Shown piece by piece: positions 51,452-61,007 of a stretch of DNA of 64,000 bases. The DNA is from an uncultured Planctomycetia bacterium (GTDB taxonomy: Bacteria; Omnitrophota; Gorgyraeia; Duberdicusellales; Duberdicusellaceae). The stretch lies in NCBI GenBank assembly GCA_964634935.1, contig CAZWJT010000008.1:26063-90062 (forward strand), read 5' to 3'. Each line of letters begins with the position of its first letter. The stretch's first letter is position 1. The position numbers and the translations under genes were made by a program. The notes below the pieces were generated by a model. The model was not told where the DNA came from, made no database searches, and worked only from the letters and a program-made list of their open reading frames with translations.

Positions 51452-51889
51452 ATGAAACATTTTTTATTCCGTGTGGCTTTCTCTGTTACGATTCTCTCGT
51501 GCTCTCTCGGAATCTTAACGTTCAGACCCGGCTTTTGCCAGGAAGACAAAAAACTGGCTCAAATCTATCAAGAATGCGTGCAGGCTATTCAAAAAGCAGA
51601 AAAGTTTTCGGACATTGAAATATACTACACGCAGGATGCGGTTGCCCAGTCGAAAGGAAACGAAGCAGCTGTCTTGATGATGCTCAAAGGCATGAATATT
51701 CGCGACATACAGCCCCTCGGAGAATCGATCCAAGGTGACACGGCTACATTGACGATGAAAGCCCAAACAAACATGGGACCAGCAGATGCCAGTATCTCAT
51801 TTAAAAAGGAAAACGACTCCTGGAAAATCTCCGAAGAAGACTGGAAATTTCAGTTTCAGGCAGGACAAAATCCTCCACCCGCTCAATAA
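51452..51889 (+). CDS. Secreted hypothetical protein
   Basis: Start MKHFLF with AAGGAGGTG RBS, signal peptide, about 120 aa mature protein. No family recognised. Confidence 0.5.
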   Translation: MKHFLFRVAFSVTILSCSLGILTFRPGFCQEDKKLAQIYQECVQAIQKAEKFSDIEIYYTQDAVAQSKGNEAAVLMMLKGMNIRDIQPLGESIQGDTATLTMKAQTNMGPADASISFKKENDSWKISEEDWKFQFQAGQNPPPAQ

Positions 51890-51953
51890 CAATCATAAAA
51901 ACATAAAAGCCATCTTGCTGTATAAACAAGATGGCTTTTATGTTTTCTCTCGT

Positions 51954-52772
51954 CTACGGTAAAGAGATGTCGACGAGATGAATAGGTACCGTTTTAATCG
52001 CCTTTTCGGTCTTCAACATAACCTCAACTGAAATATCTTGGGAAAAAGCACTGCCAAATGAAAAAGTCTTTAAGTCTCCGGAATACCCCCAGGAATCAGG
52101 GCGGATTTCCTCGCCAGAAGCGGCAAAAAACTTAAACCCAATTACCTTGGACTGAGGATCCTTAAATCGTATATACACGCTGTTCTCATCCGACCCAAGC
52201 ATTCCAGAAAACATCTGGTTCATCGATCGGTTTGGATTTACGGCTCCCCCCTTTTCTGAATCTTTGAGAAAATTTTCATAAGCTTCTTTGCTGTAAATAC
52301 TTAACTCTACTTGCGCTTCTTGCAAGACCTTTTCAGTCACTATTTTACCGCCGCCGATAAGCGCGCGCGAAATAGTAACCCGCGACAAAGGATCCTGCCG
52401 GGGACTGTAGAGTTCAATCTCGCCGCTGATTTCTCGTATGACCGAAGCGTTCCGGGCTGGATTCTCGAGTTTCAATTCAAACTGCGCCTGGCCGGTACCA
52501 TCGCCTCTAAAATCTTCAAAAGCTTTGTGATCGTAAAACTTTTCTTCTTTCAAAAGATTTCTCCCGGTATCGTCCATCGCTTTTGCAAGAATAAGGCGTA
52601 CTTTTTCAACATGTTCAAGTCCATCACCAGAGAGTTTCAGTTCCACACTTAATTCATTGAAAAACTTTCCGGTAGAACGAGAATCTTTCACGTCTCCAAC
52701 CTCAACCGTGATATCCGAGGAAAAGACAGATCCGGCAAAGAAAATCGACATAATCAATAGTGCGTATTTCAC
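51954..52772 (-). CDS. Secreted hypothetical protein (272 aa)
   Basis: Signal peptide MKYALLIMSIFFAGSVFSS; beta-rich. No family recognised. Confidence 0.5.
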   Translation of the reverse strand: MKYALLIMSIFFAGSVFSSDITVEVGDVKDSRSTGKFFNELSVELKLSGDGLEHVEKVRLILAKAMDDTGRNLLKEEKFYDHKAFEDFRGDGTGQAQFELKLENPARNASVIREISGEIELYSPRQDPLSRVTISRALIGGGKIVTEKVLQEAQVELSIYSKEAYENFLKDSEKGGAVNPNRSMNQMFSGMLGSDENSVYIRFKDPQSKVIGFKFFAASGEEIRPDSWGYSGDLKTFSFGSAFSQDISVEVMLKTEKAIKTVPIHLVDISLP

Positions 52773-52847
52773 AATCCCTCCTTTTTCAATTCTGAATCCG
52801 CTTCACGTATGCTCCTCTGCAATCCAAAACAGGTTAAAAATACTTCC

Positions 52848-53216
52848 TTAGGCTCGAATCATAACTAGAAGCATCTTGAACTTTTGTACAGCTTCAACGG
52901 CATGAGGCTGACCGGCGGGTAAAATGATCGTTTCCCCTTGGGCTGGATAAAAAATTTTTTGAGCGATGCGGATTTTTGCTTTCCCATCAACGACATAAAG
53001 AAAGGCATCGAAGGGCGCAATATGTTCACTCAATCCCTGGCCTTTGTCAAAAGCAAAAAGCGTGATTGTGCCTTTTTCGCGCTTAATAATTTCCTTGCTG
53101 ACAATGGAATTTTTCTGATAGTCCACTGCCGATTTCAGGCTAAAAATAGAACCACGCGCTATTTTCATCAGGAGGCCTTGTTCAGTTATTTTTCTTTCAT
53201 ATTGTATCATGAACAC
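52848..53216 (-). CDS. Cupin-domain protein
   Basis: Cupin motifs (...AFDKGQGLSEHIAPFDAFLYVVDGKAKI...ILPAGQPHAVEAV). Confidence 0.6.
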   Translation of the reverse strand: MFMIQYERKITEQGLLMKIARGSIFSLKSAVDYQKNSIVSKEIIKREKGTITLFAFDKGQGLSEHIAPFDAFLYVVDGKAKIRIAQKIFYPAQGETIILPAGQPHAVEAVQKFKMLLVMIRA

Positions 53217-53251
53217 TAAAAATAAAAATTATTTTTAATCTGCCTCTGAAA

Positions 53252-54364
53252 TTATGCTCCTTGGAAAGAGATCAAATCTGTAAGAAATCTCGCTTTCAGC
53301 AACCCTTCATCCCATTCACCCTGGGGAGTTGAATCCCAAACAATCCCGCCTCCAATACCCAACTCGCCGCGTTCACCTTCGACTAAAAGAGTGCGTATCG
53401 GAATATTAAAAAACATATCTCGGTTGGGCGTGATATAGCCTATCGTCCCTGTATAGATATTACGCTCTTCTTTCTCAAGTTCGCGAATTATCTCCATAGC
53501 CCGTATCTTTGGAGCGCCCGTTACAGACCCCGAAGGAAACAAAGCCTGTAGCAGATCAAAAAATCTGATTTCCCTGTCAATCTCTGCTGTAACTGTTGAT
53601 GTCATTTGGCAGAGTGTCGCATACCGAGCAACCTCAAAAAGCCTGGGAACTTGTATATTCCGGCAGATTCTTCCAAGGTCGTTCCGGAGAAGATCAGCGA
53701 TCATCACGTTCTCAGCTCTGTTTTTTTGATCATGCTTCAGCCGATAGCCGGAAAAAACATCGTTAAAGAATTTTTTGCTCCGAGGCCAGGTCCCCTTCAT
53801 GGGTTTTGTCGAAATAAAAGTATCCTTTTTTTTAAGAAACATCTCCGGAGAAAGTGAGAGTAAATCGAATTGATCAGTGTGGATAAAAGCAGGATAAGGA
53901 ACCGGATGATCTCTTAATAATTTTCTGTACAATGAATACGTGCTTCCCTGAACTGAGAACAATAACTTCAAGCAATACGTAATCTGATATACATCACCTG
54001 CCGAGATAAAGGAACGAATTGATTCGATATTCGAATCGTATAATTCCTGAGAAATATTCGCTCGTAAACTGCCAAGGGAATACGCTTTTGCATCGCTTAA
54101 GTACCCCTGGATATTCAGGTAAGGCCTGCGGTAACAACCGAAATAAGCAAGGGGGAACCGGAAGGATTTTCCGATAAATAGTTTTTTCTCAAATGCATAT
54201 CCGGCTTCGTAAGAAAAAAAACCCGCCACAAAATATCCCTTATCGAGCGACTGCTCAATTTCTTCAAAACAGTATGGAAGTTCCTGGGGATGAAAACATG
54301 GAATAATCCGGTCAGGGTGTAGGAATAAAAGCGGTTGTTTTTCGAATTCGATTAATACATCCAT
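53252..54364 (-). CDS. Chorismate-binding enzyme, aminodeoxychorismate synthase component I-like (PabB/TrpE family, short form)
   Basis: GDVYQITYCLK...SPEMFLKKKDTFISTKPMKGT...LRNDLGRI...SGSVTGAPKIRAMEIIRELEKEERNIYTGTIGY... Confidence 0.8.
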   Translation of the reverse strand: MDVLIEFEKQPLLFLHPDRIIPCFHPQELPYCFEEIEQSLDKGYFVAGFFSYEAGYAFEKKLFIGKSFRFPLAYFGCYRRPYLNIQGYLSDAKAYSLGSLRANISQELYDSNIESIRSFISAGDVYQITYCLKLLFSVQGSTYSLYRKLLRDHPVPYPAFIHTDQFDLLSLSPEMFLKKKDTFISTKPMKGTWPRSKKFFNDVFSGYRLKHDQKNRAENVMIADLLRNDLGRICRNIQVPRLFEVARYATLCQMTSTVTAEIDREIRFFDLLQALFPSGSVTGAPKIRAMEIIRELEKEERNIYTGTIGYITPNRDMFFNIPIRTLLVEGERGELGIGGGIVWDSTPQGEWDEGLLKARFLTDLISFQGA

Positions 54365-54448
54365 AAGGCATCTCCTCTGCGGTCTGGATGCCTCGTAAAG
54401 GCTAGAGCATAACCACCGATATTATACCAGTCTTCGGGAAATGACAAC

Positions 54449-54494
54449 TATTTTATTGGAAATAAACAGGGGGAGATTTTCCTCCTCCCCCTGT
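54449..54494 (-). terminator. Rho-independent terminator for the small secreted protein gene (minus strand)
   Basis: Plus-strand coordinates: stem (A)CAGGGGGAG at 54466-54475, 9 nt loop, CTCCCCCTG(T) at 54485-54494. On the minus strand the stem is followed by TTTATTTCCAATAAAATA. Confidence 0.7.
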
Positions 54495-54524
54495 GTTCCT
54501 GAGATGCGCAATCGAAAATTACGT

Positions 54525-54953
54525 TTAACGAGAATAATGTCGATAACGATGGTGGCCGTATTCACGACACTGATATTCCCAATGGCCGCCATTGGCAACC
54601 TTATATTCAACATAATGACCCTCTACGAACCGATACCCACCTCGCCGGTCATATTCCCTGTGAGCGGGAACCCATTGTCTTCGCCAGGTATATTCAGGAA
54701 CCCAGACTCGTTCGCATGAGTTGCGATAATGAGGTCCGTAGTACTGCCCGGAACGTTCGAATCTTGTATGATCAGATTGGCGGTTTATCCCGGTTAAGCC
54801 CCCCACAATATCAATTCTTCCTCCGCTTAAAATACGTAAACCCTCAATACCAGTGAGTATTTTTCCAGCCTTATCCCAGTCGCTTGCGTATCCAGAAGAA
54901 ACAAAGCCGCCCATCATCATAAAACCCATAAGTAAGATCATTACGTACTTCAT
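54525..54953 (-). CDS. Small secreted His/Arg/Tyr-rich hypothetical protein
   Basis: Signal peptide MKYVMILLMGFMMMGGFVSSGYA. The C-terminal half is full of Y/H/R/W/E (YRHYSR, HREYDRRGGYR). Confidence 0.55.
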   Translation of the reverse strand: MKYVMILLMGFMMMGGFVSSGYASDWDKAGKILTGIEGLRILSGGRIDIVGGLTGINRQSDHTRFERSGQYYGPHYRNSCERVWVPEYTWRRQWVPAHREYDRRGGYRFVEGHYVEYKVANGGHWEYQCREYGHHRYRHYSR

Positions 54954-55136
54954 TGAATTCCTCCTTTTTGCTTACTGATATTAAAAACTGCCTTCTCCAT
55001 TCACTCATTTAGACACAAAAAAAGCAAAAAAGTTCCCTCGATATTCCCTGAATTACCCAGGAAACGCATCATTGAGAAATGGAAAGAATCAATACCTTTT
55101 TACCTTTTTGAAAAGAGGGCTCTAGAGAACATCTTG

Positions 55137-56021
55137 CTAACTTTTGGAAGACACAAGAGACGGAGAAGCATTTACCTTGCGGAATAGAACAGCGTGCCAT
55201 TTCTTTTGCCTGGATATTCTAAGCATCCTGAGAGACTGCTCCCGGAAGCGCCGTCGAAAAGAATGGTAATTATCTTGGTGAATGCCAGATACAGCTAAAT
55301 ATCCCTCCGGCTGCAAAGCTTGGGTAAATTTACCCTTGAACCTTATTAAATCTTCGGTACACAAATTTGCCGCAATAAAACTGAATTGCTCCTTCGGTTG
55401 AAACTGACCAAAATCTAAATGAACTATCGATTCAACCGCGCAGTGATTCAACCGAAAGTTTCTCTGGGCAATATGCACCGCCTCTTTATCGCTATCTATC
55501 GCAATGATCGTATCTCCTCCGGAGAGGCGCGCGAGGAGAGCAAGAATACCTGAACCCGTACCGACATCAAGAAATTTCTGTAAATTTCCTTTCCGAAAAG
55601 TGATAAAATTTGCCAGAAGCTTGGTTGTAGGATGTAAACCCATGCCAAACGTAACAGCGGTATCAAGAAAAATCTTCTTGCAGCGAACAGGCACAACATA
55701 TTTTTCAATCCAAGCAGGAACAACGTAAACTCCTTTTGTCAGACAAAAAGGACGGATATTTTTCTTCCATTGGCACTTCCAATCACTGTCGGATAAGATT
55801 TTGAATGAAATCATAACAGATCGCAAGCCCAAACGCGATAAATAATCCTTTAGCTTTCGGGCGTTCGCCCAAGAAGAAAGATACAGAGAGATCGTTGAGT
55901 GTCCCCTCTTAAAACTCTCGACGATTTGCGTCTCGCATACCCCTGCTTGGCGTAAAAAGAATTTGACTATCGCTGGCCCGCCAAGCTTATTCGGAAAACA
56001 GCGGATACAAAACTCAACCAC
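55137..56021 (-). CDS. prmA: Ribosomal protein L11 methyltransferase
   Basis: FLDVGTGSGILALLARLSGGDTIIAIDSDKEAVHIAQRN is the PrmA SAM-binding core. Confidence 0.85.
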   Translation of the reverse strand: MVEFCIRCFPNKLGGPAIVKFFLRQAGVCETQIVESFKRGHSTISLYLSSWANARKLKDYLSRLGLRSVMISFKILSDSDWKCQWKKNIRPFCLTKGVYVVPAWIEKYVVPVRCKKIFLDTAVTFGMGLHPTTKLLANFITFRKGNLQKFLDVGTGSGILALLARLSGGDTIIAIDSDKEAVHIAQRNFRLNHCAVESIVHLDFGQFQPKEQFSFIAANLCTEDLIRFKGKFTQALQPEGYLAVSGIHQDNYHSFRRRFREQSLRMLRISRQKKWHAVLFRKVNASPSLVSSKS

Positions 56022-56025
56022 ACTC

Positions 56026-57261
56026 TTAGAGGTGATCTCCGCATACCCATCCTGTAGAAAATGCCGCCTGTAAATTATATCCTCCTGTTTGCGCGTCTAT
56101 ATCGATTATTTCTCCCGCAAAAAAAAGACCCGGTATTAATTTTGACTCCATGGTCTTCGGATTAATTTCCTTGGTGCTTACACCACCTCGGGTAACCATG
56201 CCTTGCTCAACCGGCATCACCCCGGAAACTGTAAGACGAAAAGAAAATAAACCCTGAACGAGACGTCTTCTTTCCTCAAGGGTAAGTTGATTACAATTTT
56301 TGTGTGCCTGAACACTGCAACTAGCAAAAAAATGTTTCACCATCCGTTGGGCAAAGATGCCCTTCAGTATGTGTGCGATGTTTTTCCCGGAGTATTTTTG
56401 ACATTCACGGCATACCCACAGATCCAACTTTTCAAGATCATAATCGGGCCTAAAGTTTATTGTGCAATGTACCTCTTTTTTCCTCTCAAGAGCTTCATAT
56501 GCTGCAGCGCTCAGGTTCAAAACGGCAGGCCCGGATATTCCAAAATGCGTAAAAATGATATCCCCAAGCTCTACGGCTATCTTCTTGAAATCCGCCCAAA
56601 GAGCCACAGAAACATTTCTCAAGGAAATTCCCTGCCAATCGGCCAAAAATTTTTCTTTCGCCAAAATCCCAACAAGGGCTGGCTTCAACGGAAGAATCGT
56701 ATGCCCTAAGCGTTGAGCCAAAACATGACCATCGCCCGTAGAACCAGTCTCCGGATACGAAATCCCCCCTGTCGCAAGAACCACGCATGAGCTCAAAAAG
56801 CATATTCCCGTCTCTGTGCGAACACCGACAATCGCCCTCCCCTGAGTTAAAATTTCACAAACACGTTCTTGAGTGGCAAAAACGACGCCATGACGAGTAA
56901 GATTTTTTTGCAGAACACCGAGAATATCCCGAGCATGATTACTTTTCGGAAAAACCTTTCCTCCCTCTTCTATTTTCCAATCGACCCCATGAGCCTTAAA
57001 AAAATCCAGCAGTTCTGAAGAAAAAAATTGGGCAAAGGCATTGCGCAAAAACACGCCAGAAGAAGAAAAACGGTCAAGAAATTCTTCTTGTGGACAAATA
57101 TTTGTAAAATTGCACCGCCCATTTCCTGCAAGAAGCAGTTTTTTACCGGGGGTATCATTCCGCTCAACGAGAAGAATTCTTTTCTTCCTTTCGGCAGCTC
57201 GGATCGCTGCCATTAGCCCTGCCGGTCCAGCTCCGATTATAATAGCATCAAACTGTTCCAT
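56026..57261 (-). CDS. HI0933/BaiN-like NAD(FAD)-utilising flavoprotein
   Basis: MEQFDAIIIGAGPAGLMAAIRAAERKKRILLVERNDTPGKKLLLAGNGRCNFTN. Confidence 0.85.
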   Translation of the reverse strand: MEQFDAIIIGAGPAGLMAAIRAAERKKRILLVERNDTPGKKLLLAGNGRCNFTNICPQEEFLDRFSSSGVFLRNAFAQFFSSELLDFFKAHGVDWKIEEGGKVFPKSNHARDILGVLQKNLTRHGVVFATQERVCEILTQGRAIVGVRTETGICFLSSCVVLATGGISYPETGSTGDGHVLAQRLGHTILPLKPALVGILAKEKFLADWQGISLRNVSVALWADFKKIAVELGDIIFTHFGISGPAVLNLSAAAYEALERKKEVHCTINFRPDYDLEKLDLWVCRECQKYSGKNIAHILKGIFAQRMVKHFFASCSVQAHKNCNQLTLEERRRLVQGLFSFRLTVSGVMPVEQGMVTRGGVSTKEINPKTMESKLIPGLFFAGEIIDIDAQTGGYNLQAAFSTGWVCGDHL

Positions 57262-57356
57262 GATTACACTAACTTATTATATACTTGAAAACAATATTCC
57301 TAAAAACAAAATTTATCCTCAAGATGCTCGCCTATAATAATACCAGGAAACCTTCA

Positions 57357-57385
57357 TTGACGCATTCATGAAAAATCTATATAAT
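57357..57385 (+). promoter_or_regulatory. Consensus-like sigma70 promoter (TTGACG-N17-TATAAT) for the glycosyltransferase cluster
   Basis: -35 at 57357-57362, -10 at 57380-57385, 40 nt upstream of the GT2 ATG. Confidence 0.5.
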
Positions 57386-57424
57386 AAAATTATTCAGAGA
57401 TGGCCTTTTAAAAAATAAACATCC

Positions 57425-58402
57425 ATGCCACATCTTTCAGTCGTTGTCCCCACTCATAATAATGAACATACTCTGCCACAATGCCTCGAGGCCATTCGTT
57501 CATCGTCGTTTAAGGATTATGAACTCATCGTGGTCGATGGAGCAAGCACCGACCAAACACAATCAATTGCCAAAAAACATACAGATATCATAGTCTCCCT
57601 GAAAATGAACAACCGCGGTCTCGCCAGAAATGCCGGCATGAAATTGGCTTCGGGGTCTATATTGCTCAATATCGATTCGGATGTGGTAGTGATGCCTGAT
57701 ACTTTAAAAACAATTGTGGACTATTTTACCCTACATGCTGATGTTGACGCTGTAACCGGGCTTCTTTCAAAAACACACCCGAATACAGATTTTTTCAGCC
57801 AGTATAAAAATCTCTATATGCATTATGTGTTCCAAAATTTGTCAGAGCAAGTGAGTTTTCTCTATGGGTCTATCCATGCTTTTCGGAAAGAAGCGTTCCA
57901 GTGTTACAGCGAAACGATAATGACCGATGACACAGAACTCGGCCAGCGACTTACAAAATCCGGGAAAAAAATTTCCCTGATAAAAAAACTGGAAGTCATC
58001 CACTTAAAACCGTACACAGCATGGAAATTGCTGGAGAATGATTTTCTTATCCCTTTTGGCTGGGCTCATATTTTCTGGCGTTATAACGGAATTCTGGAAA
58101 TAAAGAACAGGCGGGGAAGATTTGCACACGCTTCAAAAATCCAGATTGCCAGCATCATAGGAGCATGCTTTACAGCCGTCTTAGCCATGTTGAGCTTTAC
58201 CAATATTTCATTAGGCGTAATCCTTGCTGCTTCAGCTGTGATCTGGATCCTGCTGAATACTAATTTTTTCCTCTTTCTGAAACAGGAAAAAGGAGTATTT
58301 TTTTTCATCCTTGCTATTCCAACCACCTTTATCGATAATATCGTTATGGCTCTTGGAATTTTTTTCGGTTCCTTAACGTATTGGATCAAAAAGAATCACT
58401 GA
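57425..58402 (+). CDS. Glycosyltransferase family 2 with C-terminal TM segments
   Basis: LSVVVPTHNNEHTLPQCLEAIRSSSFKDYELIVVDGASTD...DSD (GT-A DxD). Confidence 0.85.
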   Translation: MPHLSVVVPTHNNEHTLPQCLEAIRSSSFKDYELIVVDGASTDQTQSIAKKHTDIIVSLKMNNRGLARNAGMKLASGSILLNIDSDVVVMPDTLKTIVDYFTLHADVDAVTGLLSKTHPNTDFFSQYKNLYMHYVFQNLSEQVSFLYGSIHAFRKEAFQCYSETIMTDDTELGQRLTKSGKKISLIKKLEVIHLKPYTAWKLLENDFLIPFGWAHIFWRYNGILEIKNRRGRFAHASKIQIASIIGACFTAVLAMLSFTNISLGVILAASAVIWILLNTNFFLFLKQEKGVFFFILAIPTTFIDNIVMALGIFFGSLTYWIKKNH

Positions 58403-58406
58403 GGTT

Positions 58407-59849
58407 ATGGTTGATACAGACACGCATTCTTTTAGAAAGAAAAATATCGTTATTGGAGCCGGCCCATCTGGGCTTGGATGCGCCTATACTTTAAGCTTAA
58501 AGAATCAGCCGGTGCTTGTAATCGAAAAAGAAAATACGCCGGGAGGATTATGCCGGACAATAAACTTTTCCGATTATCTTTTTGACATTGGCGGACATCG
58601 GTTTCTCTCGCAGTCCGATGAAATAAATAAATTATGGCTTTCAATCCTCGGGGAAAATTTACTGCACGTGCAACGATTATCACGCATCGTATACCGGGGA
58701 AAATATTTCTCGTATCCGCTTAATTTCTTCAACACTTTTTTTAACCTCGGGGTTCTCGAAACATCCCGTTGCATCGCAAGCTATGCGCGCTGTAAACTAT
58801 TCAAGCCCGGGGACAATAACACCTTTGAAGGTTGGATTATCAATAACTTTGGAAAAAAACTCTACGAAATATTCTTTAAGAATTACACGGAGAAAGTCTG
58901 GGCAGTAGCTTGCGAAAATTTATCCGCCGACTGGGCGGCACAGCGAATACGCGGATTGTCGCTACGGATAGCCATTCAGAATGCACTCTGGGGACGCACC
59001 CCAAAAACCCCAAAAACTATTTCGGATTATTTTTTCTACCCGAAGTATGGACCAGGAGAATTTTACACAAAACTTCAAAAACTCACTACAAGTTACGGAG
59101 CAGAATTTGCCATGGGAAGAACCGTAACTGAAATATTGCATAACGGAGAAAAAATACTATCGCTTAGATTTCTAGAAACAGGCCGGCATGACAACGAAAC
59201 GACCAAGGAAGAATGTGTTGACTATCTTTTTTCAAGTATGCCTCTCCCCGCTTTGGTGAGAAGCCTGCGTCCGGCTGCCCCACAGGAAATTTTATCTTGC
59301 GCGGACGCCTTACATTTCCGCAGTCTGCTCGTCGTAAATATCATCCTGAATAAACCGGAAGTATTTCCGGATCAATGGCTCTATATTCATTCTCCGAAGG
59401 TAAAATTGGGGAGGATTCAGAATTATAAGAATTGGAGCCCCTCAATGGTCGTGGACACGCAGAAAACTTCACTCGGATTAGAATATTTCTGCTCGCCCCA
59501 TGATAAATTATGGCATATGCATGACGTAGATTTAATTAATTACGCGATGAAAGAACTGGAAAAAATAGGAATAGCCTCACACAAACACCTTATTAACGGA
59601 TTCATTATCCGCTGTCCAACTGCCTATCCTTTTTATTCACTGGAATATAAGACAATCGTTGGAAAAATCAGCAGATACCTAGAGAAATTTTCCAACTTGC
59701 AAACGATAGGACGGGCCGGCCTTTTCCATTACGACAATTCGGACCATGCACTCCTCAGCGGTATATACGCGGCGCGGAATTTTCTAGGAGAAACAAACTA
59801 CAATCTCTGGGAAACAAATACAGACGGCGATTACCTTGAAGCCCAATAG
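58407..59849 (+). CDS. FAD-dependent oxidoreductase (amine-oxidase/UDP-galactopyranose-mutase-like fold)
   Basis: IVIGAGPSGLGCAYTLSLKNQPVLVIEKENTPGG is a dinucleotide-binding motif. 480 aa. Confidence 0.7.
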   Translation: MVDTDTHSFRKKNIVIGAGPSGLGCAYTLSLKNQPVLVIEKENTPGGLCRTINFSDYLFDIGGHRFLSQSDEINKLWLSILGENLLHVQRLSRIVYRGKYFSYPLNFFNTFFNLGVLETSRCIASYARCKLFKPGDNNTFEGWIINNFGKKLYEIFFKNYTEKVWAVACENLSADWAAQRIRGLSLRIAIQNALWGRTPKTPKTISDYFFYPKYGPGEFYTKLQKLTTSYGAEFAMGRTVTEILHNGEKILSLRFLETGRHDNETTKEECVDYLFSSMPLPALVRSLRPAAPQEILSCADALHFRSLLVVNIILNKPEVFPDQWLYIHSPKVKLGRIQNYKNWSPSMVVDTQKTSLGLEYFCSPHDKLWHMHDVDLINYAMKELEKIGIASHKHLINGFIIRCPTAYPFYSLEYKTIVGKISRYLEKFSNLQTIGRAGLFHYDNSDHALLSGIYAARNFLGETNYNLWETNTDGDYLEAQ

Positions 59850-59861
59850 AAGAAGCTCATC

Positions 59862-61007
59862 CTACTTGCGGGAAACTACCTCTTCGTATAATCCACGCAC
59901 GTGTAAACCGATCTTTTTCCATCGATACCGATCCAGAGCTTCTGGAATATGACATCTGCGGATGTCAGCTTTCCGAATCGCCTCAGCAAAACCATCCATT
60001 CTGCTTATGGTGACAAATTGCCGAAGGTCAGAATACCCACGCATGCCAAAATCAGTAGAAATAACCGGTAGACCAAAAGCTAAATATTCCAATATCTTCA
60101 TCGATGTCCCCGAACCATCTTGCATAGGATTTATGGCAACCGGCGAGAAAGATACATAGTTCATCAAGGCAGTGCCATCAGGATCAATAAAAACATTGGG
60201 TGGATGATTGCGTTTGAATCTTTCAGCACAGGAACCGATAAGGATAAAAGCGCATTCATCACAAAGCTCCAATGCAAGCGACTCAAGAATAAACCGGACT
60301 GCCCGCCTGTTGTGTGCAACGTTGCTCCCGGTAAAAACTACTTTCTTTTTAAACCGAGCAAGGGCGGAAAATCTTCCCGAAAATGATGTAAAATCAGAAA
60401 CACTGTTGAGGACATCATAGATTCCGTTCGGAACAATGAAAATCTTTTCTTCCCGGATCCCGTAAAGTTCTGTAAATCTTGCCTTGTCTTCCTCAGAACA
60501 AGCAAAAACACGTGCAGAATTTACAAGAAGCTTGCGCTCCAGAAAAAATATCCTCCGCGTTGATAGATTTCTTACGGGACTTGCGGAACATTCAGAATAA
60601 ATGTAATCATATTCCACGTTTTGCGCATCATAGATAATTTTTTCTCTGGGAAGAAAAGATGTCAAATCAGCAAAACTTGACTGCTCAAACTGGTATATAT
60701 CAAACCGGCCGAAATACCGCTTCAGAAAAAATCTGTAACCAGGATGAAATGAAACGAGGAATTGGTATGGAAAAGGCTTGTCCAAAAACAGGTATGGAAT
60801 AAAAAAAGGATACCGTATGGGATGTATTCTAAAATTATCGTTGATTTGCTTTATGCCGCACTGGCCTATCGTACAGGGAGACACAACAGTCACATCACAA
60901 TCAAGCTGAGAAAGAGCTGAAGCAATCGCATAAATTCTGACTTTCCCTCCCACGGAAAGAGGAAACACCGGGAAAGGGGAAAAAATCAATACCTTGATTT
61001 TTTTCAT
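59862..61007 (-). CDS. Glycosyltransferase family 4
   Basis: GT-B C-terminal motif EYLAFGLPVISTDFG and an N-terminal GGK(V)RIY-type motif. Confidence 0.8.
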   Translation of the reverse strand: MKKIKVLIFSPFPVFPLSVGGKVRIYAIASALSQLDCDVTVVSPCTIGQCGIKQINDNFRIHPIRYPFFIPYLFLDKPFPYQFLVSFHPGYRFFLKRYFGRFDIYQFEQSSFADLTSFLPREKIIYDAQNVEYDYIYSECSASPVRNLSTRRIFFLERKLLVNSARVFACSEEDKARFTELYGIREEKIFIVPNGIYDVLNSVSDFTSFSGRFSALARFKKKVVFTGSNVAHNRRAVRFILESLALELCDECAFILIGSCAERFKRNHPPNVFIDPDGTALMNYVSFSPVAINPMQDGSGTSMKILEYLAFGLPVISTDFGMRGYSDLRQFVTISRMDGFAEAIRKADIRRCHIPEALDRYRWKKIGLHVRGLYEEVVSRK

